DNA of 64,000 bases from an uncultured Cyclobacteriaceae bacterium (GTDB lineage: Bacteria > Bacteroidota > Bacteroidia > Cytophagales > Cyclobacteriaceae): contig CBHTSG010000009.1 in NCBI GenBank assembly GCA_966095315.1, forward strand, positions 29,082 through 93,081. The letters run 5' to 3'. Below, piece by piece: positions 10,176-20,091 of this stretch; the first letter of the stretch is position 1; the number at the start of each line of letters is the position of its first letter. The position numbers were made by a program, and so were the translations under genes. Under the pieces are notes generated by a model. That model saw nothing but the letters and a program-made list of their open reading frames with translations. It did no database searches and was not told where the DNA came from.

Positions 10176-12191
10176 TTAAGCCGCAATCAGCGGAAGCTTA
10201 ATGATGAACTTGCTTCCATTTCCTTTAACGCTGTCCAGTTCAATATCGCCTCCGAGGCGGTCTACCAATGTCTTAACAATGGCGAGTCCAAGACCATTCG
10301 AACTTTCACCGGCTGTGGGGCGTGCGCTCAGCTTTTTGAATTTTTTAAAGAGGAGTTTTTTATCCTGATCCGTAAAGCCAGGGCCCTTGTCTTCCACGAT
10401 CAGCATAATTTGATTGTCATTTTTTTCAAGACTAATTTTCACTTCGGATTCTGCCGGGGAAAATTTAATGGCATTGGAAACGAGATTATCGGTAATGCGC
10501 CCAAGGTAATCGCGATCCGATTTGATAATCACTGATTCAAGTAACAATTTCAGTTTGATATTTTTTCCTTCTGCTACACCAAAGGCAGCATCAATTTTAC
10601 TTTTGATCACCTCAGCGGCATCAAACTCCGAAATATCCGGCACACGCTGTTCTTCCAAGGCGTGTACAGAAAGAAGATCGGATATAAACGACATGCCATC
10701 ATGTGTTACTTTATCCATCAAATCAATATACTCCTTTTGGTTAGGAGTGAGTTGGCCCTCCATTTTTAATAGACTGCTCAGCCCATAAATTTTATTTAAT
10801 GGCGCTTTCAAATCGTGCGCTACAATACTCATCAACGAATCTTTTTCGTGATTAAGTTGAAGAAGCATTTCATTCTGCTTTGCCAATTGATCGTTAACTT
10901 TCTTTCGTTTCTTAGCATTCCACCAAATAATATAGCCGATAATGAGCACAAACAGTAAGAAGGAACCGAACAGTACTGCCTGAAAAATATTTCGCTGTTC
11001 AATAACGCTATTCCTGGATTTCAGTGCCAGGTTTTCTCGCTCCCGATCAAGAATCTTGCGCTGAAAATTAAGCTGTTCTTCCTGACGCGCTACGTCCAGA
11101 CTTTTCAATGAATCGCGCACGAGCAAGTATTGATTTTGATACGAAAGCGCACCAAGCTTATCGTTTTTCTTTTCGTGAAGCTTCCACAGTTGAAAATAGA
11201 CATCCTGCGTAGTAGACCGATCACCCATTTTTCTTGAGTTCGTCAGTGCCTCGTCCAGCAGCGTTTTGGATTTGTTCAAGTCATTGCGGGCCATGGCTAT
11301 TTGAGAGCCAACCAACAGGCCATTCGATAGAATTCGAACACTATTTTTTTCTCGTATGATTTTCAATGAAGCGCTTAGAAGAGAATCGGCTTTTTTTGTC
11401 AATCCTTTTTCGAGGTAACTGTTCGCCAGATAAATCCAAGTTTCCGCCAACTGGATGGCATCGCCTTGAATTCTTCCAACTGAGTCAGCTTTGGTGAGAT
11501 ACATTAATGATTTATCTACCAACCCCTGCTCGGAATAAAGTCTACCTACAAGGTAATATCCACCGTGAACGTTTCGCAGGTTATTCAGCTTTACGCGGAT
11601 GTTCAAAGCTTTCAAATAATTCTCCTCGGCCTTCTGGTAATTGCGCTGCGATTGATAAAGATTACCAAGACTTTGATAGCAGTATGCAAGGCCGGTAGAG
11701 TCTTTTAATTTGGTAAAGAGTTCGGACGCTTTGGCAATGTTAGGAAACGCATTTTGCATAAGGCCTTGTTCCTGAAAAATCCGGCCAAGGTTATTATGGG
11801 TGTACGCAATTTGAACGGAATCTTGTTGCTGCTGCGAAACATCCAGTGCCCACATGTAGTAATCATAGGCCGATAATTTATTGCCTTTATAATTATTGCA
11901 AAGCCCAAGGATATTCAAGGAACGGGCTAGGTCTTTCTGCAGCTTGATAAAGGAACCTAATGCATAAGCTTCGTTCGCAAGAATGATGGAGCTGTCAGGG
12001 TTAGCAAACCGGTACTCCCAGGCCAGGTCGTTGAGCAAATCATACCGCTGCTTACCTTCGGCATTGACCAGCTTGCGTCTTATTTCAGTAATATTAGATT
12101 GGATTTGAGAATATCCGGATGAGGCAGCCAGGGTTGCCACCGTGATTCCAACTAATGTAAATATCCTCCGCATGAAGGTTTTAGAATTCAA
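10176..12191 (-). CDS. TPR-containing membrane sensor histidine kinase
   Basis: Signal-like N-terminus, TPR-like repeats, one TM segment, H-box VAHDLKAPL, N-box NLVSNAIKFS, DKGPG and GLGLAIVK. Confidence 0.92.
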   Translation of the reverse strand: MNSKTFMRRIFTLVGITVATLAASSGYSQIQSNITEIRRKLVNAEGKQRYDLLNDLAWEYRFANPDSSIILANEAYALGSFIKLQKDLARSLNILGLCNNYKGNKLSAYDYYMWALDVSQQQQDSVQIAYTHNNLGRIFQEQGLMQNAFPNIAKASELFTKLKDSTGLAYCYQSLGNLYQSQRNYQKAEENYLKALNIRVKLNNLRNVHGGYYLVGRLYSEQGLVDKSLMYLTKADSVGRIQGDAIQLAETWIYLANSYLEKGLTKKADSLLSASLKIIREKNSVRILSNGLLVGSQIAMARNDLNKSKTLLDEALTNSRKMGDRSTTQDVYFQLWKLHEKKNDKLGALSYQNQYLLVRDSLKSLDVARQEEQLNFQRKILDRERENLALKSRNSVIEQRNIFQAVLFGSFLLFVLIIGYIIWWNAKKRKKVNDQLAKQNEMLLQLNHEKDSLMSIVAHDLKAPLNKIYGLSSLLKMEGQLTPNQKEYIDLMDKVTHDGMSFISDLLSVHALEEQRVPDISEFDAAEVIKSKIDAAFGVAEGKNIKLKLLLESVIIKSDRDYLGRITDNLVSNAIKFSPAESEVKISLEKNDNQIMLIVEDKGPGFTDQDKKLLFKKFKKLSARPTAGESSNGLGLAIVKTLVDRLGGDIELDSVKGNGSKFIIKLPLIAA

Positions 12192-12282
12192 TTTTAAAAT
12201 TAACGGTAATATTCCTATTTCCGTTTCATTCTGGCATTGAACTCATGAAATCATCGCGCGATGTAACATTTATCTTGAAATT

Positions 12283-13920
12283 TCATTTTTTCTTCAGTGC
12301 TTCTCGTTGATCATCTCGCAATGTGGGATAAGTGATACCGAGTTGCTCCAGGTAAGTCTTATATTTTGCTGGATTATAATAGAATTTTTGAAGCTGTGGT
12401 TTGAAGCGCGCCATGATATCCTTATTGAGATTTATTGCTGGATTATCCTTCTCCCCGATCAGCGGAATGTACTGAGTATCTTTCGTTTGCTCATTCTTAT
12501 AGTAACTCCAATTTGCTTCAATCAGTTTTGGATCGGTGAAGAGATCAAGGAGTGTAAGCGCCTCTGCTTTGGCACCCACCACAATTCCTTTATGAGCAAT
12601 GGGTGTGGCCATGGAAATTGCATTTGACCAATGGTGACCAGGCAGATTTGGAATGTTGGAAGGATAACGCAACACCACAGTGGGCACCGTCCAGGAGATA
12701 TCAGCGATATCGTCTGAACCACCACCCATGGAGAACAACTGACGACCACCCATCATTACCGGTTTTGTTTCTACCGGTAACCCTATAGTATCCACTTTCA
12801 TCGCGAGTCCATCCACACTTTTTGATTTCATCTCCATCTGCGCTGCCTTAGCCAGCAGCTGATCTTCATCGCTCCACACCGGCACCCCTACCCGCTTGAT
12901 GTTATTGTACATGGCTGATGCTAATGGCTTGCTAAAGTGACCGGGCCAAGCCGACCCTAAAATTTCATAGGTATACTTTGTGTCCGTCATCATGGCAGCA
13001 GCATCGGCCATCTTCACACCGATATCGAATAATTTCTTGATATCAGGATAGGTTCGCTCACGGAAGTAGTACCACACAGATGCTTTTGATGGAACAACAT
13101 TGGGCTGATCTCCACCATCTGGAATCACATAATGAGAGCGCTGCGTAAGTTCAAGATGTTCTCTGCGGTAGTTCCAACCGATGTTCATGAGTTCGACAGC
13201 ATCCAGTGCACTTCGGCCACGCCACGGTGCCCCTGCCGCATGAGCAGCCTGCCCTTCGAAATTGAATTTTACGGAGATCACACCGTTATAACCAGCATCA
13301 CCATAAGATACCCCAAGCTTATCGGATACATGCGTGAAAATACAAGCATCAACATTTTTGAAATATCCTGCGCGAACATAATATGCTTTTGTTCCGAGTA
13401 ATTCTTCTGCAACGCCTGGCCACAACATTAATGTGCCTTGGATTTTCTCGCGCTCCATTATCTTCTTGATCACCAACGCAGTAATTACATTCAGTGCCTG
13501 ACCAGAATTGTGCCCTTCACCATGCCCTGGGGCTCCTTCAACAATCGGATCGTGATAAGCAACGCCTGGCTTTTGCGAAGCCTTTGGAATGCAGTCAATG
13601 TCTGATCCCAGCGCAATGAAGGGTTTACCATTACCCCAAGTCGCAGTCCATGCTGTGGGAATTCCGGCTATACCCTTTTCAATTTTAAATCCATTTTTTT
13701 CAAGAATTCCCGTGAGGTAATTCATCGTTTCATATTCCTGAAAGCCTAGCTCTGAAAAGCTAAAGAGCATGTCATTAATCTGCTGACCCAACACTGCCTG
13801 CTTCTCAATTTCTGCGAGCGCTTCCGCTTTGAGTTTTTCAACATTCACTTGCGCGATGGATGCTACGGACAAAATACATCCGAAGATCAGGCCAATAATT
13901 TTCTTCATGGAGCGAGTCAT
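12283..13920 (-). CDS. exported M20-family amidohydrolase (AbgB-like)
   Basis: Signal peptide. GHGEGHN, AEE, HAAGAPWRGRSALDAVELM, GGDQPNVVP, GGGSDD. Confidence 0.85.
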   Translation of the reverse strand: MTRSMKKIIGLIFGCILSVASIAQVNVEKLKAEALAEIEKQAVLGQQINDMLFSFSELGFQEYETMNYLTGILEKNGFKIEKGIAGIPTAWTATWGNGKPFIALGSDIDCIPKASQKPGVAYHDPIVEGAPGHGEGHNSGQALNVITALVIKKIMEREKIQGTLMLWPGVAEELLGTKAYYVRAGYFKNVDACIFTHVSDKLGVSYGDAGYNGVISVKFNFEGQAAHAAGAPWRGRSALDAVELMNIGWNYRREHLELTQRSHYVIPDGGDQPNVVPSKASVWYYFRERTYPDIKKLFDIGVKMADAAAMMTDTKYTYEILGSAWPGHFSKPLASAMYNNIKRVGVPVWSDEDQLLAKAAQMEMKSKSVDGLAMKVDTIGLPVETKPVMMGGRQLFSMGGGSDDIADISWTVPTVVLRYPSNIPNLPGHHWSNAISMATPIAHKGIVVGAKAEALTLLDLFTDPKLIEANWSYYKNEQTKDTQYIPLIGEKDNPAINLNKDIMARFKPQLQKFYYNPAKYKTYLEQLGITYPTLRDDQREALKKK

Positions 13921-14085
13921 TTTTTAGGAGAGTTAAATTGCACATAATTCTGTAAATGCATTTGATGAAATCTCATTCTACGGCTTTTTTATTTTAACGA
14001 GCCGATTAACAGGTTAAGTGGCAATTATTGAATTGAGATAAAACTCTAAATTGATTCTCGATTAAAGAACCTAAGCCTTAAGCCC

Positions 14086-15333
14086 GTGAAGCATGGAATA
14101 ACTGTTTTCTTAATTGCCTATGCGCTTGTTCTTGGTGCCGTACCTTTACATGCGCAGCAGGAAAAGACTCCTTATGTAATCCTCGTTTCCTTCGATGGGT
14201 TTCGGAGTGACTACGTTGAAAAATACAACCTCCCTAATTTTAAGTCATTCATCAAAGAAGGTGCACAAGCCGAAGCGCTCATTCCAAGTTTTCCAAGTCT
14301 TACTTTCCCAAATCATTATACATTGGTTACCGGTCTTTATCCGGGGCATCATGGATTGGTAGACAATAACTTTTATGACTCCGCGAGAAAGACGGTGTAT
14401 GGAATGCGGTGGAAAGGTGAAGTAGCGGAGCCCGGCTATTATGGTGGCAAGCCTCTGTGGACACTCGCAAAAGAAAATGGATTAAAAACTGCTTCCTTTT
14501 TCTGGGTAGGTTCGGAAGTATCGGACCCATTGCGAAGACCCGATTATTTCTATCAGTATGCTGATTCAATAACTTTTGAAACAAGAATAAATCAGGTATT
14601 CACCTGGCTAAAACTTCCCGAAAAGGAAAGACCGCACTTCATCACTTTATACTTTTCAATTCCTGATCATGAGTCTCACTCTTTCGGTCCGTGGTCTCCT
14701 GAAACTCAGCATATGATCGTAAAGGCTGACTCACTTTTAGGCACGCTAATGAAAGGACTAAAGGAGATTTCACTGCCAATCAATACAATTCTGGTCTCTG
14801 ACCATGGCATGAGCGAGGTAAAGGTTGAAAATGACTCCTATATTTTTCTGGATGAACTTATGGACATTAATCGCAGTGCCATCCGAGCCGTTGCTAGTGG
14901 CGCTCAGGCCCACATCTATTGCCAAACTCAAAAGCAAACGGATTCCTTATACCTACTTCTTAAGCAAAAAGAAAAGAACTTTACGGTATACCGAAGACAA
15001 GATTTTCCGGAGCGCTGGCATTATCAGCATCCACGTGTTGGCAATTTGCTGATCCTGGCCAGCCCCAATCATTACATCAGAAGAAATGGCCGCGCCAACC
15101 TAATGAAGAATGTGAAGCCCGGAGCGATGCGCGGTGAGCATGGGTACGATCCGGTTATAGTGCACGATATGTATGGAATATTTTATGCGAAAGGCCCGAA
15201 CATAAAGCCCGGAACAAAAGTGCCTGCCTTCCAAAATGTGGATGTCTTTCCGCTCATTGCGAGTATCCTCAATCTGAAGCTGCCGTCTATTGATGGAAAT
15301 ACTGCTACACTCAAAAAGATTTACAGAAAGTAA
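14086..15333 (+). CDS. alkaline phosphatase-superfamily nucleotide pyrophosphatase/phosphodiesterase (ENPP-like)
   Basis: SFDGFR, PSLTFPNHYTLVTGLYP (Thr nucleophile), DHESH, SDHGM, GEHGYD. Signal peptide. Confidence 0.92.
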   Translation: MKHGITVFLIAYALVLGAVPLHAQQEKTPYVILVSFDGFRSDYVEKYNLPNFKSFIKEGAQAEALIPSFPSLTFPNHYTLVTGLYPGHHGLVDNNFYDSARKTVYGMRWKGEVAEPGYYGGKPLWTLAKENGLKTASFFWVGSEVSDPLRRPDYFYQYADSITFETRINQVFTWLKLPEKERPHFITLYFSIPDHESHSFGPWSPETQHMIVKADSLLGTLMKGLKEISLPINTILVSDHGMSEVKVENDSYIFLDELMDINRSAIRAVASGAQAHIYCQTQKQTDSLYLLLKQKEKNFTVYRRQDFPERWHYQHPRVGNLLILASPNHYIRRNGRANLMKNVKPGAMRGEHGYDPVIVHDMYGIFYAKGPNIKPGTKVPAFQNVDVFPLIASILNLKLPSIDGNTATLKKIYRK

Positions 15334-15407
15334 TTGAGCTGATCCTGCGCTTTAAAAAGTATCGCAAAAATGCTCCGATTATCAGACGGCCCTAGTAAAT
15401 TTATTGC

Positions 15408-17186
15408 ATGACAAAATTACTCTTAACGATTGGGATACTGGCTGCAACCATAAACTCCTTTGCCCAAGCCAACGACAGCATTTACTTCCGAATCAATCTT
15501 GCCGGATATTTACCAAATGACTCCAAGATTGCCATTGCTTTTTCAAACGAACTCATAAAAGGCACTTTCAATCTTACCGATAAGGTGGGCAACAAAGTGT
15601 ACAGCGGAAAAATAGCTCCAGTTCATCAGAATGGATTTGCTCCCTTCAAACATTATTATGAATTGGATTTTTCAAAAGTAATCGAAGAGGGCAATTACTA
15701 CCTTGAGATTCAACGCTTCAAATCGCAGGAAGTAATTATCAGTGCAGCCGCTTATCATAAAACACCAGATTTGCTGCTGGGATTCATGCAACAACAGCGA
15801 TGTGGCTACAATCCATTCTTCGATGCGGTGTGTCATCAAAAAGATGGTCGTGTAATGGATGGTCCCATGAAAGACTCCACCTATCTTGACGTAAGCGGTG
15901 GATGGCATGATGCGGGTGATCAACTAAAATACCTGATCACAGGAAGCAATGCTACAGCCCGCATGCTGATGTCCTATCAGCTGTTTCCTGATACATTTGA
16001 AGATCATGTGAACGATTTGGGTCAAGCGGAACCAAATGGAATTCCAGACGTGCTCGATGAAGCAAAATGGGGCCTCGACTGGATTCATAAATTGCATCCT
16101 GCCAAAGATCAACTCATTCATCAAGTAGGTGATGATCGCGATCATTTAGGATGGAAACTGCCGGCCTACGATCCCAGTAATTATGGATGGGGAAAAGATT
16201 CGTATCGCGTAGCCTATTTCGCCACCGGAAAACCACAAGGACTTGGCAAATTCAAAAGTGAATCCACCGGTGTATCCAATATTGCCGGTCGCTCTGCAGC
16301 AGCGATGGCAATCGCTTACCAGGTGTGGAAGAAAAATGGTATTGATAATGCCTATGCTCAAAAGTGTTTGAACGCTGCAATTGAACTTTATGATATGGCC
16401 AAAGTACAAAAGGGTTTTCAGCAAGGGAATTCTTATGGTGCTCCGTATCGGTATAATGAAGATACCTGGACCGATGACATGGAATGGGCCGCAACCGAAC
16501 TCTACAAAGCCACCGGCAAGATTGACTATCGCGAGGATGCTGTTCATTACGCAGAGCTTACCGGAGAGTTATCGTGGATACAAAATGATACCACCTCACA
16601 CTATCAGCATTATCCATTCTTAAATATTGCACACTATTCACTCTACAGTGCAGTGGACAATAATTTCAAAAAGAAACTGGCTACTTATTATAAGAATGGA
16701 ATCGAGCGAACGCTGATGCGGGCCAATAAAAATGTGTATCAAAATGGTGTTCCGTTTATCTGGTGTTCTGCAAATGTGACGGTGGATTTGATCATACAAA
16801 TTATCCTTTACGAAAAGATGACCGGTGACCAACATTATCATTCCTATCTGCTGGCTATGCGCGATTGGTTATTGGGTAAAAACCCATGGGGCATCAGCAT
16901 GTTTATGAATATTCCAGGGCGTGGCCCATATGCAAAGGATGTACACACCAGCACGTGGGCACTTACTAAAAAGGAAGTGCCAGGAGGGTTGGTGGATGGC
17001 CCCATTTATGCCAAAATATTTCAGAATCTAAAAGGTTTGAAGCTCACCCATGCCGATGCCTTCGCTGCCTTTCAGAATTCTTATGTGGTGTATCATGACG
17101 ATATCGGTGATTACTCCACCAATGAGCCCACGATGGATGGCACTGCGTGCGCCATTATGCTTATGGCCTACCTGGCTAATAACTAA
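15408..17186 (+). CDS. glycoside hydrolase family 9 with N-terminal Ig-like domain
   Basis: GGWHDAGD, DEAKWGLDW, QVGD, LLGKNPWG, C-terminal NEPTMDG catalytic region. Signal peptide. Confidence 0.88.
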   Translation: MTKLLLTIGILAATINSFAQANDSIYFRINLAGYLPNDSKIAIAFSNELIKGTFNLTDKVGNKVYSGKIAPVHQNGFAPFKHYYELDFSKVIEEGNYYLEIQRFKSQEVIISAAAYHKTPDLLLGFMQQQRCGYNPFFDAVCHQKDGRVMDGPMKDSTYLDVSGGWHDAGDQLKYLITGSNATARMLMSYQLFPDTFEDHVNDLGQAEPNGIPDVLDEAKWGLDWIHKLHPAKDQLIHQVGDDRDHLGWKLPAYDPSNYGWGKDSYRVAYFATGKPQGLGKFKSESTGVSNIAGRSAAAMAIAYQVWKKNGIDNAYAQKCLNAAIELYDMAKVQKGFQQGNSYGAPYRYNEDTWTDDMEWAATELYKATGKIDYREDAVHYAELTGELSWIQNDTTSHYQHYPFLNIAHYSLYSAVDNNFKKKLATYYKNGIERTLMRANKNVYQNGVPFIWCSANVTVDLIIQIILYEKMTGDQHYHSYLLAMRDWLLGKNPWGISMFMNIPGRGPYAKDVHTSTWALTKKEVPGGLVDGPIYAKIFQNLKGLKLTHADAFAAFQNSYVVYHDDIGDYSTNEPTMDGTACAIMLMAYLANN

Positions 17187-17188
17187 AA

Positions 17189-17968
17189 ATGATACCGAGA
17201 AAAATTGGTCTACTGCTTGTTATTCTTGCCATCCATGCAGCTTCATTTGCTCAAACGCGTACAGTGTTTGACGTGTTCGGAGCCATCATTCGCGGAGATA
17301 CCACGGAGAAAAAAATAGCGATTGTTTTCACGGGCGATCAATTTGCCGATGGCGGGAAAATAATTCGAGCAACCTTGGCGAAACATGAAGTTAAGGCGGG
17401 GTTTTTCCTTACGGGAAATTTTTATTCAAATCCGCAATTCAAAACCTTGATCAAGAGTTTAAAAAAAGATCGTCATTACTTAGGGGCCCACTCTGATAAA
17501 CATCTTCTTTATAATGATTGGACCAGGCGTGATAGTCTGCTGGTGACGAATGAAGAATTCGTGCATGATTTAACTGCGAACTACGAAAGAATGGCTCGGT
17601 TCGGAGCAACAAAATCTGAGGCTGCGTTCTTCCTGCCACCTTATGAGTGGTACAACAAAACCGTTAGCGAATGGACAAAAGAACTTGGATTACAACTAAT
17701 CAACTTCACACCGGGCACACGCTCCACTGCGGACTACACCTTTCCTGAAATGGGTAAGGCATATGTTGACTCTGAAAAAATCTATCAGTCTATTGTTACT
17801 AAGGAGCGCACAGACCCGAACGGACTAAATGGATTTATCCTTTTGATCCACATTGGCACTGATCCCAGGAGAACCGATAAATTTTATAACCGCCTTGACT
17901 CGCTCCTCTCCCAACTGAAGCTAAAGGGATACACCTTCGTGAGAATAGATTCCCTGCTGCAAGAATAA
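17189..17968 (+). CDS. polysaccharide deacetylase (NodB-fold) family protein
   Basis: FFLTG, GAHSDKH metal motif, FLPPYE, ILLIH. Starts 2 nt after the GH9 stop. Signal peptide. Confidence 0.8.
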   Translation: MIPRKIGLLLVILAIHAASFAQTRTVFDVFGAIIRGDTTEKKIAIVFTGDQFADGGKIIRATLAKHEVKAGFFLTGNFYSNPQFKTLIKSLKKDRHYLGAHSDKHLLYNDWTRRDSLLVTNEEFVHDLTANYERMARFGATKSEAAFFLPPYEWYNKTVSEWTKELGLQLINFTPGTRSTADYTFPEMGKAYVDSEKIYQSIVTKERTDPNGLNGFILLIHIGTDPRRTDKFYNRLDSLLSQLKLKGYTFVRIDSLLQE

Positions 17969-17983
17969 AATTTTTAAGATTTT

Positions 17984-18008
17984 GGTTTATTTTATAAACT
18001 ACTTTATA
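17984..18008. promoter_or_regulatory. operator-like site, copy 1 (GGTTTATTTTATAAACTACTTTATA)
   Basis: 19/25 identical to 19442-19466. Contains GTTT-N7-AAAC overlapping TATAAAC-N2-CTTTATA. Confidence 0.55.
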
Positions 18009-18041
18009 TTTATCTCGTTAATAAGGTAAAAGAACGCAAAC

Positions 18042-18569
18042 ATGGATTACTCTCTCGAAATCAGGAAAACGTATCTGGGCGCTGTACCCCATACAATCTT
18101 TACAGCCCTCGTGTGGATTAGCAGTGCGGTAATTGCCGAGCAGTTTTCAAAGAATTTTGCCATTGCTTTTTTCATCATCTCCGCCTCTTTTATTTTTCCA
18201 GGAGGCGAGCTGATTAGAAAATTGATGAAGGCCAAAAACGTAATCTCTCCCGGCAATCACCTGCCCCAATTTTTCACACTGCTTGCATTCACCATACCGC
18301 TTAGCTATCCTTTGATATACCTTGCCTGTAAAAGCAATATCAACTATTTCTTCCCTGCCTTTACTATTTTGATTGGCGCTCACTATTTGCCTTTCATCTA
18401 TGGGTATCGCATGATCACTTTTGGTATGCTTTCATCCATGCTCGTTGCCCAAGGCATTGCTATTGCGCTGTATTTTCCTAAAAACTTCAGTTTGTCTGGC
18501 TACCTCACGGGCGCTACTCTTTTATTCTTTGCCTTAATGCATTACCACAGAATCAAAAAAGAAATATAA
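18042..18569 (+). CDS. polytopic membrane protein (DUF7010-like)
   Basis: About 6 hydrophobic segments and a GAHYLPF motif. Confidence 0.75.
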   Translation: MDYSLEIRKTYLGAVPHTIFTALVWISSAVIAEQFSKNFAIAFFIISASFIFPGGELIRKLMKAKNVISPGNHLPQFFTLLAFTIPLSYPLIYLACKSNINYFFPAFTILIGAHYLPFIYGYRMITFGMLSSMLVAQGIAIALYFPKNFSLSGYLTGATLLFFALMHYHRIKKEI

Positions 18570-18573
18570 TATC

Positions 18574-19149
18574 ATGGAAAAGGAATTATCACCCCAGCAA
18601 AGTCTGGCCATCATCACAGCAATGATTGATCAAACGAAAGGGAATATGAAGAAGAATGGATTTTTCTTTATTCTTTGGGGATGGACCCTGGTAGTTGCCA
18701 ATGTAGGAGTCTATTACATGTTCAAATTTTCAACGTACGGCAATCCCTACATTGTTTATCTCGTCACTATTGTGGCAGCCATTGCTTCAGTGATCTATGG
18801 AAGCCGCATGGAGAAAAGTGCCGGCACTATGACGCACCTGGATGTGATTATCAAATGGATGTGGATGAGCCTTGGAATATCCTGCTTTATACTTTGCCTC
18901 TTTGGCTCAAAAATAAATTGGCAACTGAACCCAGTAATCATTGTGATGATGGCAGCCCCTACCCTGACCTCCGGCATCATTTCTAAATTCAAACCACTGA
19001 TCTATGGTGGTATTGCGTTATGGCTTCTGGGCATTTGTATGTTTATCGTGCAAGACGAAAATCAATTTTTACTTGCAGCACTTGCAATTGCGGTTGGCTA
19101 TCTTGTGCCGGGCTATGCACTAAAATCAAAGCAATCCGCAGATGCTTAA
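18574..19149 (+). CDS. polytopic membrane protein, typical partner of winged-helix regulators
   Basis: Amphipathic N-terminus (QQSLAIITAMIDQTK) followed by about 6 TM segments. Its stop overlaps the regulator start. Confidence 0.8.
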   Translation: MEKELSPQQSLAIITAMIDQTKGNMKKNGFFFILWGWTLVVANVGVYYMFKFSTYGNPYIVYLVTIVAAIASVIYGSRMEKSAGTMTHLDVIIKWMWMSLGISCFILCLFGSKINWQLNPVIIVMMAAPTLTSGIISKFKPLIYGGIALWLLGICMFIVQDENQFLLAALAIAVGYLVPGYALKSKQSADA

Positions 19150-19426
19150 AGACCTTGATCCATTATTACATTCTCAACTCCGCCTTGGAGTGATGTCCAT
19201 CCTCATGTCTGCTGAGTACGCAGAGTTTACATTTCTGAAAGAGAAAACAAACGCTACAGCAGGTAACTTAAGTGTGCAGCTCGATAAGCTTTCGGAAGCT
19301 GGTTACATCACGATTCATAAGTCTTTCAATGGCAAAAAGCCATTGACCACTTGCAAGATTACCAAGAAGGGCATGAAAGCATTTGAAGAGTACGTCAATT
19401 CACTAAAAGATTATATCAAAAAGTAA
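19142..19426 (+). CDS. winged-helix transcriptional regulator (MarR/ArsR-like, HTH_34 type)
   Basis: LDPLLHSQLRLGVMSIL, FTFLKE, TAGNLSVQLDKL..AGYI, KPLT..KIT..G..AFEEYV. Confidence 0.9.
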   Translation: MLKDLDPLLHSQLRLGVMSILMSAEYAEFTFLKEKTNATAGNLSVQLDKLSEAGYITIHKSFNGKKPLTTCKITKKGMKAFEEYVNSLKDYIKK

Positions 19427-19441
19427 TTTTTTTAAATTTTT

Positions 19442-19466
19442 AGTTTACAATATAAACCAGTTTATA
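19442..19466. promoter_or_regulatory. operator-like site, copy 2 (AGTTTACAATATAAACCAGTTTATA)
   Basis: Perfect TATAAAC-CA-GTTTATA palindrome (19451-19466) ending 3 nt before the ATG at 19470. Confidence 0.6.
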
Positions 19467-19469
19467 ATC

Positions 19470-20015
19470 ATGAAAAAAGTAGCATACCTTGTGTTGATTA
19501 TTCTAATCACGGGCGTTGGCCAGGTTTTCGCACAAGCGCCAACGGCAGCACCCATTAAAGAAGAAATGAAAAAGCTGGCACATTGGGCCGGCCGGTGGAA
19601 AGGTGAAGGCTCCACCCGGATGGGTCCCGGGGAACCAAAGAAATCTGCTGTGGAAGAAACCATTCAATTTAAATTAGACGACACGGTAATTTTAATTGAG
19701 GGCGTAGGAAAAGCCAGGGATTCAGATGGAAAGGAAACGGTTGTTCATAATGCGATGGGAATTCTTTCGTACGATATCACCTCCAGGGAGTACAAGTTTA
19801 AATCTTACCTGGCTAATGGCCGCAGCACCGATGCATGGTTCACCATCACCGGTGATAATCAATATCAGTGGGGTTTCGACACTCCGCAGGGAAAGATAAA
19901 GTATTCTATCGCAATTGATCCGGTAAAAAAATCATGGACTGAAATCGGTGAGTTCTCCGGAGATGGAAGCGCATGGTCAAAATTTTTTGAAATGAATCTT
20001 ACCAGAGTCGAATAA
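19470..20015 (+). CDS. exported DUF1579-like beta-barrel protein
   Basis: Signal peptide. MKKLAHWAGRWKGEG, GILSYD...YKF, W..FFEM pattern. Confidence 0.7.
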   Translation: MKKVAYLVLIILITGVGQVFAQAPTAAPIKEEMKKLAHWAGRWKGEGSTRMGPGEPKKSAVEETIQFKLDDTVILIEGVGKARDSDGKETVVHNAMGILSYDITSREYKFKSYLANGRSTDAWFTITGDNQYQWGFDTPQGKIKYSIAIDPVKKSWTEIGEFSGDGSAWSKFFEMNLTRVE

Positions 20016-20041
20016 GATAAAATCCACACGGCAAGTTTAAG

Positions 20042-20087
20042 AGTGTTGATGTGCAGGAGTTTTGTAAATTCCCACATTAACACTTTT
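20042..20087 (+). terminator. long imperfect hairpin followed by a short T tract
   Basis: AGTGTTGATGTG (20042-53) / CACATTAACACT (20073-84) plus inner GGAGTTT/AAATTCC, then TTT. Confidence 0.45.
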
Positions 20088-20091
20088 ACTT

